Position numbers and translations under genes: made by a program. DNA of 64,000 nt from Antechinus flavipes (lineage: Eukaryota), in assembly GCF_016432865.1 (NCBI RefSeq), contig NC_067399.1, positions 515,468,001 to 515,532,000 on the forward strand, in the 5' to 3' direction. A model generated the notes under the pieces. The model did not search any database and was not told the origin of the DNA. It saw only the letters and a program-made list of their open reading frames with translations. This document shows, piece by piece, positions 41,885 through 53,571 of this stretch (the stretch's first letter is position 1; each line of letters begins with the position of its first letter).

Positions 41885-42227
41885 TAATGGTTCTTATGGT
41901 CCTGGAGGTTTGATTCTGGCAAGCAGCTGAACTGAGGAATGGGAAACTTTAGCTATATGTAGGAATATAACTGATACAAGTAACTGGGACAGAACAGTTC
42001 TTTGGTTTCTAAGTTAGATAGGGTCATAGATTTAGAGTTGGAAGGACCTTAGAGATTATTTAATTTGACACTTTCAGTTTATGTTTAATCAGTAGGTGGC
42101 ACTGATAATTGATAACTTCTTCTTATTCTTAATAAGATTCAGATTCTGGGAAGGCTCCTGTTCATCCTGATGTGTGTTCCACTCAACACCAGATTTCTGG
42201 GAAAGTGACAAATTCTTTGGCTTGTGG

Positions 42228-42941
42228 TGTGATGGGTAAAATCTGAAATAACTGAGTAAATAAAGGTTCAGGCTCCCAAGCATATTGATTAAGCAATGCT
42301 CACCAATTATGTAACAAATTGGAACCAGATCTCCCCGGTTCTGCATTGGACCTCAAATACAGGGGAAAAAACAATAGGCTTTCAAGCGTAATACAAAATT
42401 GGGTACTCTGATTTCTAAAAGGAGAAAAGATTAGGGACTTCCCAGGTTGAGAGGGGGAAATAGTGAACAGGTGCAATTCCCAGAAATCAGAAAACATTCC
42501 CTGTTTCCCTTTTCTTCCAAGTAGCTGTATTCACTCAAAGGAACAAGGAAACAGTAACTGATTGACCAGTACAAGGCTGGTTTTCAGATAAAGACATTTA
42601 AGTTGCTTGAGATGTATAATGTAGAGAAAATTCCTCGAATCAATTTTCAGATATACCTAAGGTTCCTGGGCAGCATGCTCTAGGTCCTTAATTAAGGATT
42701 TTTTTTTTTCTTTTTTGGTTGAGGCAATTGAGGTTAAATGACTTGTCCAGGGTCACACAGCTAGGAAGTGTTAAGTATCTGAAACCAGATTTGAAATCGG
42801 GTCTTCCTCATTTCAGGGCTATTGCTCTATCCACAGCCCCAGCTAGTTACCCCAGTTAAGGATCTCTTAAAAAGGAGCTAGAAATGAGTCAGCTCAGCTA
42901 CGCAGGGCTAAGTCCAAATACTGCTCTAAAGTTTTCGCACA
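42228..42941 (-). mobile_element. Solo LTR related to 3492-4188
   Basis: Reverse complement shares gcattgcttaat..caatatgct..ctttatt..ttatttcagattt..tcaca with the 3' end of the 3492-4188 LTR. Confidence 0.55.
42700..42855 (-). mobile_element. Young short CORE-SINE (WSINE1-like) nested in an LTR
   Basis: polyT; 8-bp TSD TTAAGGAT (42692-42699 and 42856-42863). Confidence 0.85.
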
Positions 42942-44129
42942 ATTTCCATAATTGAATAAAGTTTTCTTTGGAAATTGGAGTAGGACCCACATATCAAATA
43001 GAATTGAGTCATAAGATAAGAGTCAGTATGTTTCACTCAATTTCCACAGTAAGTAATGATTTCCTCAAATCTTTCTGAGTGACTTCTGGTGAGTATGAAT
43101 TTAACCAATAAGAATAGCCCTCACCCACAATGAAACTCTGCCTCTTTATTTCTGTTGTATAAGCGAAGAATTTTAATCACATGCAGTACTGTAAAATGAC
43201 ATCTGTGACAAAAACTACCAGATAAGAATGAACATTGTGTGCAAAGGTTTTTACTATCATGCATTCAATCAACAAAAAGCAAAATTGGAAATACATTTAA
43301 AAAACTTCACACAGGCCATGTGCCCACAAATATTTTTAGACCAAAAAAATCTTTCACTTCTATGCTTTCAGCTCATACAAAAGAATTCTTGGATCCATTT
43401 TGGAGTTCCCAGGCTCAATCTTAGCCTATAAGGTGGGAAGGGGGTTAAAATATAATTTCTGCTCTATACAGATGAAAAAGCTCAAGCTCAGAGAATGAAA
43501 TGACAGTGAATATGTATATAAGCCAGAATTTTACCCCAGGTTTTCTTGACTCCAGATCCAGGGTTTTTCCCACTATACTTTAATTTCCTCTTATTTTTTC
43601 CGTAAGGGTCATGATGCTTAGGAAGTAGAGGTGGACATTGGTCCAGAGATAAGTGACATCTCTGGAAAGATGCAGTATATTCCAGTTTGCATTTAGGTTG
43701 CCCAAATTTATCACCTTCAAACCAGAGCTAATAAATCAGGAGGATCACCTCGTCATTCATTATTTCATTCAACAAATATTTATTGAACACTTGCTATATT
43801 ATACTAGGAAATAGTGCACATACAAAAATGAAATAAAGTACAGTCCCTGTCTTTCTGGATGAAATTTTCCATCTGAGGGGAGATGGAATATATACAAATA
43901 ATTTAAAAAGCTATATTGTATAAGTGCAATAAAGCAGATAACAAGGTATTGTGTTAAATTAAAAAAAGATCTGTTTGGGAGATCAGAAAAGCTAGCATTG
44001 GAGTTAGATCATCCCACAAGGATGGCCGGATTGGCTCTCTATTATCCACCCAAAATATAACACCCTCAAATATCTATAGGATCTTGAGTTCAACTGCTCA
44101 TTTGAACAGTCTCATTCAAAGAATGCCTT

Positions 44130-45050
44130 AGAAAGCAAAATTGGTCAAGTGGGAAAGGAGGTCCGAGAGTTCACTGAAGAATATAATTCCTTAAAAATTA
44201 GAATTGAACAGATGAAAATTAATGGCTATGAGAAATCAAGATAAAATAAGACAAATCCAAAAGAATGAAAAAAACAAAACAATATGAAATATCTAATTGG
44301 CAAAACTAACCTGGGAAACAAATCTAGGAGAGAGCATTTGAAAATTATTGGTCTAGCAGGATGAATACAGAGAGGACTGGCGAGACTTATATGAACTGAT
44401 GCTAAGTGAAATGAGCAGAACCAGGAGATCATTATACACTTCGACAACGATATTGTATGAGGGCATATTTTGATGGAAGTGGATTTCTTTGACAAAGAGA
44501 CCTGAGTTTCAATTGATAAATGACGGACAAAAGCAGCTACACCCAAAGAAAGAACACTGGGAAACGAATGTGAACTATCTGCATTTTTGTTTTTCTTCCT
44601 GGGTTATTTATACCTTCTGAATCCAATTCTCCCTATGCAACAAGAGAACTATTCGGTTCTGCAAACATATATTGTATCTAGGATATACTGCAACATATCC
44701 AACATATAAAGGACTGCTTGCCATCTAGGGGAGGGGGTGGAGGGGGTGGAGGGAGGGAGGGGAAAAAAAAATCGGAACAGAAACGAGTGTCAATATAAAG
44801 TANNNNNNNNNNNNNNNNNNNNNNNNNNNNNNNNNNNNNNNNNNNNNNNNNNNNNNNNNNNNNNNNNNNNNNNNNNNNNNNNNNNNNNNNNNNNNNNNNN
44901 NNNNNNNNNNNNNNNNNNNNNNNNNNNNNNNNNNNNNNNNAAAATTATCAAGGAAAACTAACCAGATGTTCTAAAAGCAGAAGGTAAAATAAAAATTGAA
45001 AGAATCCACAGTTCTGAAAGAGATCCCAAGATAAAAACTTCCAGGAATAG
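44130..45050 (+). mobile_element. Old L1 ORF1 fragment interrupted by a young L1 3' end (44358-44802) and an assembly gap
   Basis: ORF1-like remnants (NKSRREHLKIIGL; KIIKEN..IKIERIH) flank a 3' UTR nearly identical to that of the L1 at 4301. Confidence 0.75.
44803..44940. other. Assembly gap (138 N)
   Basis: Run of N. Confidence 1.
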
Positions 45051-47682
45051 TCTTTTCTTTTTCAAGTTCTGAAATCCTTCTGGACTTGTGAATGGGCAGA
45101 TCTCATGCCATAATTTCTTATTTGATTAACTTTTAAAACTTTTTTAGCCTTCCTTTTAATTCTACATTATCCTCAACATCTGGGCCCCTTTCTGCTTATT
45201 TCTCCTGAATTTAGTCCCCTCTCCCCAGTCTTTTGGCTTTCAGTACTACCACTATTGTTTCTATAAAATTCTTCCAAAATAATCTCAACTATAACTTCAC
45301 CAGCCCTTTCAGAAGGTGGAACTTGATTTTCTCCTTTTTATTTTGAAGGGAGAAATTTCCCAGTAACTCCTTGGTTTCCAAGTCAAGCAAACTCTGTACT
45401 AGCTATGCTCCTGGCTTCTCAAATGCTGAGGACAGACCACCACCACATATGGTTTTTCTTTTATGCAGTAGATAAGTCATGAATTGAGAGTGAGTGTCTG
45501 AAATACTAAAACAATCACCGAGAGAGGCTTCCATACTATTGGGAAGATCCCTCCAGGAAGGAAATAATGGAAATAAATGAATTGAAACTGCATCCAATGA
45601 GGAGGCAAGGCTGCCCATATTGGTGAGATCCATAAAAGATCAAGCTCTTTCTGCCCACATCTTGTATTAGCTGTACCTGATCAGGATTAGTCTATGTAAA
45701 AAATGGGTGAAGTAGAACTAATCTGGATGTGTTAGGGAGATGGATCAGGTGCTCTTTCCTTACTTTACCTCCCTGCATTTCATCAGTAGCAACTGTTCCA
45801 AAAGTGAGCTGTCATTTTCAGAACTAGCATTTGTGATGCCATACTGGACTTCATTTCGATAATTGCCCCTACCTTTCTCCATCTGTTATCCTTAATTCTC
45901 CTGCTAGGATATCTGGTAGACCCTCTTTCAAGAGGAATCAGTGGGAACAAAGAGGTAAAGAAGCATACCTGGGTGTATTTAGTCTGGGTATCATCCTGAC
46001 ATGGAAAAACTTGGCCCTGTGGTTGTTAGAAGGCCTGGGCTCCTGTTTTAGTTCTACTAGCAAAAGTGTGAGCTTGACTTTTTGGGGCTTCCTTTTCTTC
46101 CACCTATAAAATGAGGGAATTATACTAGATGATCCCTAACATCTTTTTCATCATCTACCAATTTGTGATGGTAGCATAAATTATTCCAGTGAGTTCCTGG
46201 TCCCCAAAGCCTGTGGCAATGGTTCATACTGAGGGAAGATATGGGGCTCTTTTCTGTGTCGTGGGCATGAGGCTTCTGGGGGGAGATGTGCTTTTGGGGC
46301 CCATTCTGATGGGAAAGGCTGGGACTAGAGGACAGAAATTTTCTGCCTCTTAGATATGGGGACACTTCCTATTTGGTGACCTATGTCAAGATTTGTCTCT
46401 GTTCCTCTTACATTCTGGCTCTATGACTCATTTCCTAAAATTTAAGAGGGACAGAAGGCTGCCTGTTGGATTATATCACACTGTGTAGATCACAATCTCT
46501 AGAATCATAGCTTTTTAAAATATGTTATCTAAGCCATTTTTTTCTTCCCCTCCATTTAGGATAATGACCCAGACTTCCCAGACAGTGAGATATTCCATTT
46601 CTGCTCTTAGGTTCTGTCATCTTCCCACCTTGCATGCTCAAGGAGGCAGTAGCCAAAGATCTCTGAAGGCCTGGGATTAGGCAGGACTGGCAATCAGTAA
46701 TCTCTGAGGGGGCGGTTACACATGGCGCCCAACATGGGGGCAGCACTTTTAGGATTGCCAAACCCCACAAAAGAAGGTTCGACAGCCTCATCGAGAGACA
46801 AGAAGGCAGAGAAGCATTATGGATCTGAGTCTAAGTTTATCCATGATCATGCTCGATGACACAGCCGTGCACATAGCTCAAGTATATAAGAGAGCCAGAT
46901 GGGTGTTCTCTAGAAGAGGGCACATTTGATGAGGAGCAAGGGGCTTGCTCCCCAAGAGGTGTTTACTCCCACACCCATTGAGTCCAGCTTAGCAAGGAAA
47001 AAATCAGGGGGAAGAGAAGAAATGAAAAGTTACTTTACAACAGTTAGCACAAAAAATACAAGAACTCTGCCTACAGGCTGAGGAAGAGAAGAAACAAAAG
47101 ATTACTTTATAACAGAACAAGAACAGTTACAAGTTGAGTTAGAGAAGAAATGGAAACTTACTTTACAGCAGTTAGAACAGAAAATGCAAGAGTTCTGTCT
47201 ACAGGCTGAAGAAGAGAAGAAATAAAAAGTTACATCAATTAGAACAAAAGGAAGCAAGATTAGAGACAGGTGGAAGTTTGGAGGAGAACAACTAACTGAA
47301 TACAATGTGATAAAATTCGTTTTAAAGTTTTAAAAACTAGTTTAAAACAAATTTTAAAACTAGGAGAGATTTTAACTTAGGCAGCCAGACAAAGAAGTAT
47401 GAGAAGAAAAGCAAGCAGAGTTGGTGCCCAAAGCCCCGAAGAGAGCAGCATGTGGGACTTTTTTTTTCTTTTTCTTTTTTTAAAAAAGCATTTTACTGAT
47501 TTATTAGCTTGCTACTGCTCTAGGAAATCTGCAGAGCAAGGCACAGAGAAAAGATTTAAGTATCTTAATTACCATGGTGAGTTGAACAGCAAGTACCTTG
47601 CTGAAGAGAAGAGGTGTGATCCTTTTCATATTCAAAGCTTGGTTTCAGTTTTAATCTGCCTGTAGCCCCGCATGTGGTCTTA

Positions 47683-49356
47683 CCGTGTTTCCCCAATAAT
47701 AAGACACTGTCTTATTATGTTTTTGGACAGAAAAATACCAGAGGGCTTATTTTCAGGGGAGGGCTTATTTTAATGAACATTGATGGCAATTTTAATAAAC
47801 AGGTAAATGTGAACCAAAAAAAGTACCTTTATTCAATAATGATCATGTCATCTTCTTCAACGACATCATCCTCATACCCTGAATTATGTCCTGGATGTCT
47901 TGCGCCTCTATTTCCTTCAGAAGAAGTGGACCCAATCTGTCATGTCCAGCAATATAGCTCTCTTTAAATGAACATGTCTTGTCCAGGTAACCTGCTCGTA
48001 GTGCCTTGGCGACACAGCTGTCAGTAATTTTATCCCATGACTTCTTCACTCAAGTCACGACTTCTTGCAGACAGGGCTTCACAAAGTTTCCATGCTGATT
48101 TCTTTCCATTCTATTTTCAGTGTAGTCATTGATTTCCATGCGCAAATGGTCCTTGAATGGCTTGTTTATTGCATATCAAGGGTCTGGAGATAGGCAGTCA
48201 TTCCTGAAGGAATCATTACTTGATCTATTCTTCTCTCTGCAAGGAAGTTCTTCATTTCTTTAGCGTGGTGAGTGCTGGCTGAGTTCTTCTTTTATCCTCC
48301 ATCATGCCCCCTCACTCCCGCTTACATACCAGGTTTTTATGTTGTCCTGCCTCAGCTGTCCTCCAGCACTGCTCTCAATGGTGCCAGCAAGCAAATCACT
48401 GGGGAAGAACAGGATACTTTGATCCAGCAGTGTTTCTACTGGGCTTATACCCCAAAGAGGTACTAAAGAAGGGAAAGGGACCTGTATGTGCCAAAATGTT
48501 TGTGGCAGCCCTATTTGTAGTGGCTAGAAGCTGGAAAATGAATGGATGCCCATCAATTGGAGAATGGTTGAGTAAATTGTGGTATATGAACGTTATGGAA
48601 TATTATTGTTCTGTAAGGAATGACCAGCGGGATGAATACAGAGAGGACTGGTGAGATTTACATGAACTGATGCTAAGTGAAATGAGCAGAACCAGGAGAT
48701 CATTATATACCTCAACAACGATACTGTTTGAGGATGTATTCTGGTGGAAGTGGATCTCTTTGATAAAGAGAGTTAATTCAGTTTCAATAGATCAAAGATG
48801 GACAGAAGTAGCTACACCCAAAGAAAGAACACTGGGAAATGAATATAAACTGCTTGCATTTTGTTTTTCTTCCCGGGTTATTTATACCTTCTGAATCCTG
48901 TGCAACAAGAAAACTATTCGGTTCTGCACACATATATTGTATTTAGGATATACTGTAACCTATTTAACATGTAAAGGACTGCTTGCCATCTGGGGGAGAG
49001 GGTGGAGAGAGGGAAGGGGAAAATCGGAACAGAAGTGAATGCAAGGGATAATGCTGTAAAAAATTATCCTGGTATGGGTTCTATCAATAAAAAGTTATTT
49101 AAAAGAAAAAAAAAAAGGAAGAACAGGATGATGCGCTCACTGCTGCAGCTCTGATTGGATGCAGCTCGGAGTGCGACGTGCGTTTCACCGGGGGAGGCGG
49201 AGAACGGTGCATACAGAGGGTACCGTAATGTAGCGTGTAGCACAGGGGATCACCTTCACTACAGCAGCAATCTCAATAGGGCTTATTTTAGAGGAATCTT
49301 ACACAGTAAGGGGAGGGCTTATTTTCGGGATAGGTCTTATTATCGGGGAAACGCGG
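47683..49356 (-). mobile_element. pogo/Tc2-type (Tc1-mariner superfamily) DNA transposon, internally deleted, nested in the ERV
   Basis: TA target duplication (47681-82 and 49357-58); 23-bp TIRs CCGTGTTTCCCCAATAATAAGAC / CCGCGTTTCCCCGATAATAAGAC; transposase remnant IPSGMTAYLQTLD-INKPFKDHLR on the minus strand (~48260-47850); repeated subterminal GGGCTTATTTT. Confidence 0.9.
48416..49116 (+). mobile_element. 5'-truncated LINE-1 (ORF2 C-terminus, 3' UTR, polyA) nested in the DNA transposon
   Basis: FDPAVFLLGLYPKE...FVAALF; polyA tail; perfect 13-bp TSD GGAAGAACAGGAT (48403-48415 and 49117-49129). Confidence 0.93.
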
Positions 49357-52300
49357 TAAGGTATTCCCTATCTCCTGACTTTCCTCTCTCAACTCAGCCT
49401 TCGTGGGTGGGAGGAGGAGCAGTGGGAGGGGCAATGACTCCATCAGCACTGCCCATGAGGCAGTTTTGCCCACCCCCTATGCTTTCATTACAAGAGGTAG
49501 GGCTCTGCTCCAGGGCCCCAGGCAAAAAACACTTGGGCTTGATGGCAACTGTTGTTATACCCAGAGAGTCTTTAAGCAAGCCTGTGGGAGAAGGGGATTG
49601 CTATTAGGGAGACTAGAGCTGTATGCCACTGGGACTATTGAGATTTCTGGAGAGTTGAAACTTGTCCCTGTTTGGCCTATAGATCCTTTGCTTCCACACA
49701 CAGTCAGCTTGACAGTTTCGTCTCATGAGAGTGCTTACAAAACAGTGTTTATCCATACACTGATGTGGGAAACGGGAATGTGTAGATAATATCCCAGTCA
49801 CTAATACAGGTAGTCAATGTGTAACATCACCTAGGAGAAGTAGTAGCATCAGGTTTTGATTCCAAACAACATAATACAGGAATGTTCTGGACTGTGGCTA
49901 TTACAGCTGACCCATCCTATGCTCACTATCTATATTAAATAGCATATCATTAGAAGGATTGGTAGACACTGTTGCAGATTGTACAGTCATTAGAGGTTCC
50001 AGCTGGCCCAGTCACTGGCCAGAGATTAAGACAGGTACCTTGTACATGTCTGGCATAGGAGGATCAATAGCAGTGGAAATTAGTGCTACCCCTTTGAGAT
50101 GGACTTTTGAAGGTGAAACAGGAGTTTTTACTCCTTTTGTAGTTAAAAAAATCCCCATCAATTTTTGGGGAAGAGACATCTTAACCAGTGGAAAAATTCA
50201 GGCCTTATTAGATATAGTACAGGAGCAACTTGACCAAGGACATTTACAATCTTTTCTAAGTCCTTGGAATTCCCCTGTATTTGTTGTAAGAAAGCAATGT
50301 GGAAAATGGAAGATGTTGACTGATTTAAGAAAAGCAAATGAACAGATGGAAACTATGGGAGCTCTCCAGCCTGGGCTTCCATCTTCTACTCAATTGCCTA
50401 GGGAATGGCCTCTTTGGATTAAGGATTGTTTCTGTTCTATTCCTTTAGAGAAGGAGGATATGACAAGATTTGCCTTTTCAGTGCCCAGCATTAATTTATC
50501 TGAGCCTTATAAAAGATTTGAATGGATAGTTTTGCCACAGGGAATGAAAAATAGCCCTACAATGTGCCAAATGTATGTGGCTGCTACTCTTACTCCTGTA
50601 AGAAAAGCATTTCCAAAAATAATGTTATTACATTACATGGATGATATTTTAGGGTGTGCACCTGAGGAACAAATGTTAGAATCATGTCTACAAAAGACTG
50701 TAGAAACACTAAAGAACTACAAATTGCACATAGCTCCAGAAAAAAGTTCAAAGGCACGTTCCTTTTCAATATTTAGAATATGAAGTATATCCTAAAGTGC
50801 TTACAGTACAAAAACTTTTCTTAGGAACAGAGAAGTTGAACACTTTAAATGACTTTCAGAAATTGATGAGATATCTAATAGATACATCCAATATTAGATG
50901 TAACTACCTATCAATTACAACCATAATATGACATTTTAAGAGGAGACAGTGCTTTAAACTCACCGTGTCAGATTACAAAAGAAGCTCAAGAGACTTTGAG
51001 AGACGTTGAACTGACTTTATCTAATGTGGTTGAAAGACTCACATTAAAAGCCTTGGAAACATCAGTTTTTGCTACAAAAGAGGCACCCATAGCAGTCCTT
51101 TATCAAGAAGGCAGTGTGATCAAGTGGGTGACCCTCCAAACACAACCAGACCAAAGCTTTATTCCTTACCCAGTGCTTGTGGCTAGAATCTTATTATAGG
51201 CCATTAAGCGAGTAGTACAATTATCTGGGATAAGATGTGACAAGATATATATACCTTTTATACCAATGCACAAACTAATGTATGCTGTGAAAGCATTCAA
51301 GAGTGGAAAGTTTTATTGGCCATTGCTCCAAATTTTACACATGGGTCTCCATTAAAGATAACATGGCTATTACATAATTGGCAATGAATGTTTGAAGAAA
51401 AGGTTTCTAAGGTTCCTCTTAAAGGACCAACTATCTTTACAGATGCATCCAAACATGAGATTTGTACTGTATACTCTTATGACTTAACTATAAAGAGAGT
51501 AGTTAGAACTCCTTTTCAATCCACTCAGCAGAATGAATTGTGTGCAATCATTCTAGCTCTTATTATCCAGGAGATGTCCAGGAGATATATTTACATCTGA
51601 TTTGGCCCCTTCAGTATGTGTGGTACAAAGAATTGCCACAGCCCAAATAAAATTTGTAGCTTCCAATGTATATCAGCTTTTTAAGGAACTTCAAGAACAA
51701 GTGAGAAAGTGTCCAGGTAAGTATTATATCTTTTATTTCCATGGAAATTCAAAGGCAGATTGCCTTCTAACCATGTTTCCAATGCTCCTTTATTTCAGGC
51801 AGCCCAAGAATCTCATTCTAAATATCATCAGGCTGCTCGAGCTTTACATTTGCAATTTGGGATAACAAAAGAGGAAGCTAGGAACAAAGTAAAAGCCTGT
51901 ATAGCTTGCCTTCCTTTCCATGATCCTATGCTGCTTCCAGGGGAAGAACCCTTGTGGTTTGAGACCCAATGAAATTTGGCAAATGGACTTCACCCATATT
52001 AAGAGATAAGAGCATCTATGTAACCATGGATACACCTTCTCAATTCCTCATGACTTCAATCTGGGGAAGTGGTTAGGCATGTAATCAGCCATCTTTGTCA
52101 TTGTTTTTCCATTGCAGGAGTCCCACATGCACTTAAGATAAGTAATGGACCAGCTTATATATCTTCTGCCTTTTAGTCCCTCTGCACTGAATTTGACATT
52201 GCCCATTCCACTGCTATCCCATATAATCCCACCGGCCACGCCATTATTGGACAGGCTATCCGTACCCCCAAGATGCTCCTGTCTAAACAAGAAAAGGGAG

Positions 52301-53099
52301 TATTGGGGTTTGCATGACCTCTACCTGACTCACGCAGGCTTGCTTATTAGTTGCACCAATATATACATACAATTGCCTGCAATTTTCACATTCTTTGGAC
52401 CTTACCCTAGCAATGCACTTTTGGCACATGCAGAAGGTGCAGCTAACTAACAGACTGGCCAACAAGAACAAGAGCCCTTTTTCCACAATGATGTGGAGGG
52501 GCATCTGGAAGGGTCCGGGTTGGGTTAGGCTTTGGGGACCCGAATATGCTCTTGTCTTTCCAGATGCAGACCCAACAGCAGAGGAGTGGATCTCAACCAG
52601 AAACATCCATGACCTGGGGAACCAAGAAGAGAAGGACCAGATGACAACGTTGTCCCTCACGATGCCCAGAAGGATCAGCCGGATATCAGTAGCCCTTCAG
52701 ACACTGATGACAGCCGTGTCCCTCCTGAACATGACACCAAAGATGGCGAACACAGCACCAGTGTCACAGTTGAATTGGACTGTCCTGGTGGATGCGCAAT
52801 GCTTAGAGGCTGACAAAACTGGACAATGGACTTGTGTGCTTCTCCTGTGGCCTCCTGCTATTCATATGGTGGTCTGGGGGGAAGCTTTGCCCCGTTTTCC
52901 ACTTGTAGGCAGTGCCTTTAAACTAATAGGTTGAACACTATGTTTTTTTTGGTTTTGGCCCTGTTGGGCCTGGTTCTTACTATTTAACCTTTGTTTGCCT
53001 TTGTTCTATTTTTTTACATCTTGTAATCTCTTTAATTAAGTGAGCTGTTGTTGTTAGTTTGATGTGATGAGTGCTCCCTGCTAAACAAGAAAAGGGAGT

Positions 53100-53571
53100 T
53101 GTAAGGGTCGGGAGAGGAACTTCACATAGTATGAGAGGAAGTAAAGAGGCTTTGATGTCTGAGGCACCTGGATGTGATCTCTGTGCAACTAGCCGAATGG
53201 GAGTTCTGGCCGCATTGAGAACACATCATCAGCAGGAGATGTCTTTCTCTTATTGGCTGTGTGTGTGACCTCGTAGATCCAATATAAATAGTGGGAACCA
53301 GGAGGAGGAGTGCATAGGAGTATAGAGTGTGCAGGAGTAGTGCAGGATGTGATTGCGTGGAATAAAAACTTGAGCTTACAAACTGCTATGTCCAAGCAAT
53401 CTATTGAACACAAGAACCACTGCTCGACGAGGTAGTGGCCAGAGATCTCTGAAGCCCTGGATCTAGGTAAGCAGTAAAGAACCACTGCTTGATGAAGCAG
53501 TGGACGGGGATCTCTGAAGGCCTGGGAGTAGGCAAGACTGGCAATCAGTAACCTCTGACGGGTAGGTTACA
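53100..53571 (+). mobile_element. 3' LTR of the ERV (472 bp)
   Basis: Starts TGTAAG after the PPT and ends GGTTACA; contains CCAAT/ATATAAAT and AATAAA; its last 63 bp match the 5' LTR remnant at 57/63. Confidence 0.88.

Larger units (their letters stand above)
46637..53571 (+). mobile_element. Defective class II (betaretrovirus-like) endogenous retrovirus: 5' LTR remnant 46637-46720, PBS-Lys 46723-46740, deleted gag, dUTPase remnant, protease, RT, RNase H, integrase, env largely deleted, PPT, 3' LTR 53100-53571
   Basis: TGGCGCCCAACATGGGG PBS (tRNA-Lys1,2 type); DTVAD and GRDIL; LPQGMKNSP and YMDD; IFTDAS and QNEL; H..H..CIAC; IWQMDFTH; WKGP integrase C-terminal domain; PPT aaacaagaaaagggag; LTR TGT...ACA. 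Confidence 0.92.

Noticed and set aside
43305-43425. Minus-strand segment LRLSLGTP resembling protease exon 3
   Set aside because: Similarity too weak, wrong length and no GT donor.
44047-44082. HPKYNT..D peptide resembling chymase exon 3 on the + strand
   Set aside because: Wrong strand for pseudogene A, no flanking similarity or splice sites; a post-hoc hexamer match is plausible by chance.
53410-53540. Repeat-spacer-like duplication in the LTR; similar repeats at 24036-24135
   Set aside because: Ordinary LTR tandem duplications, not a CRISPR-like array.
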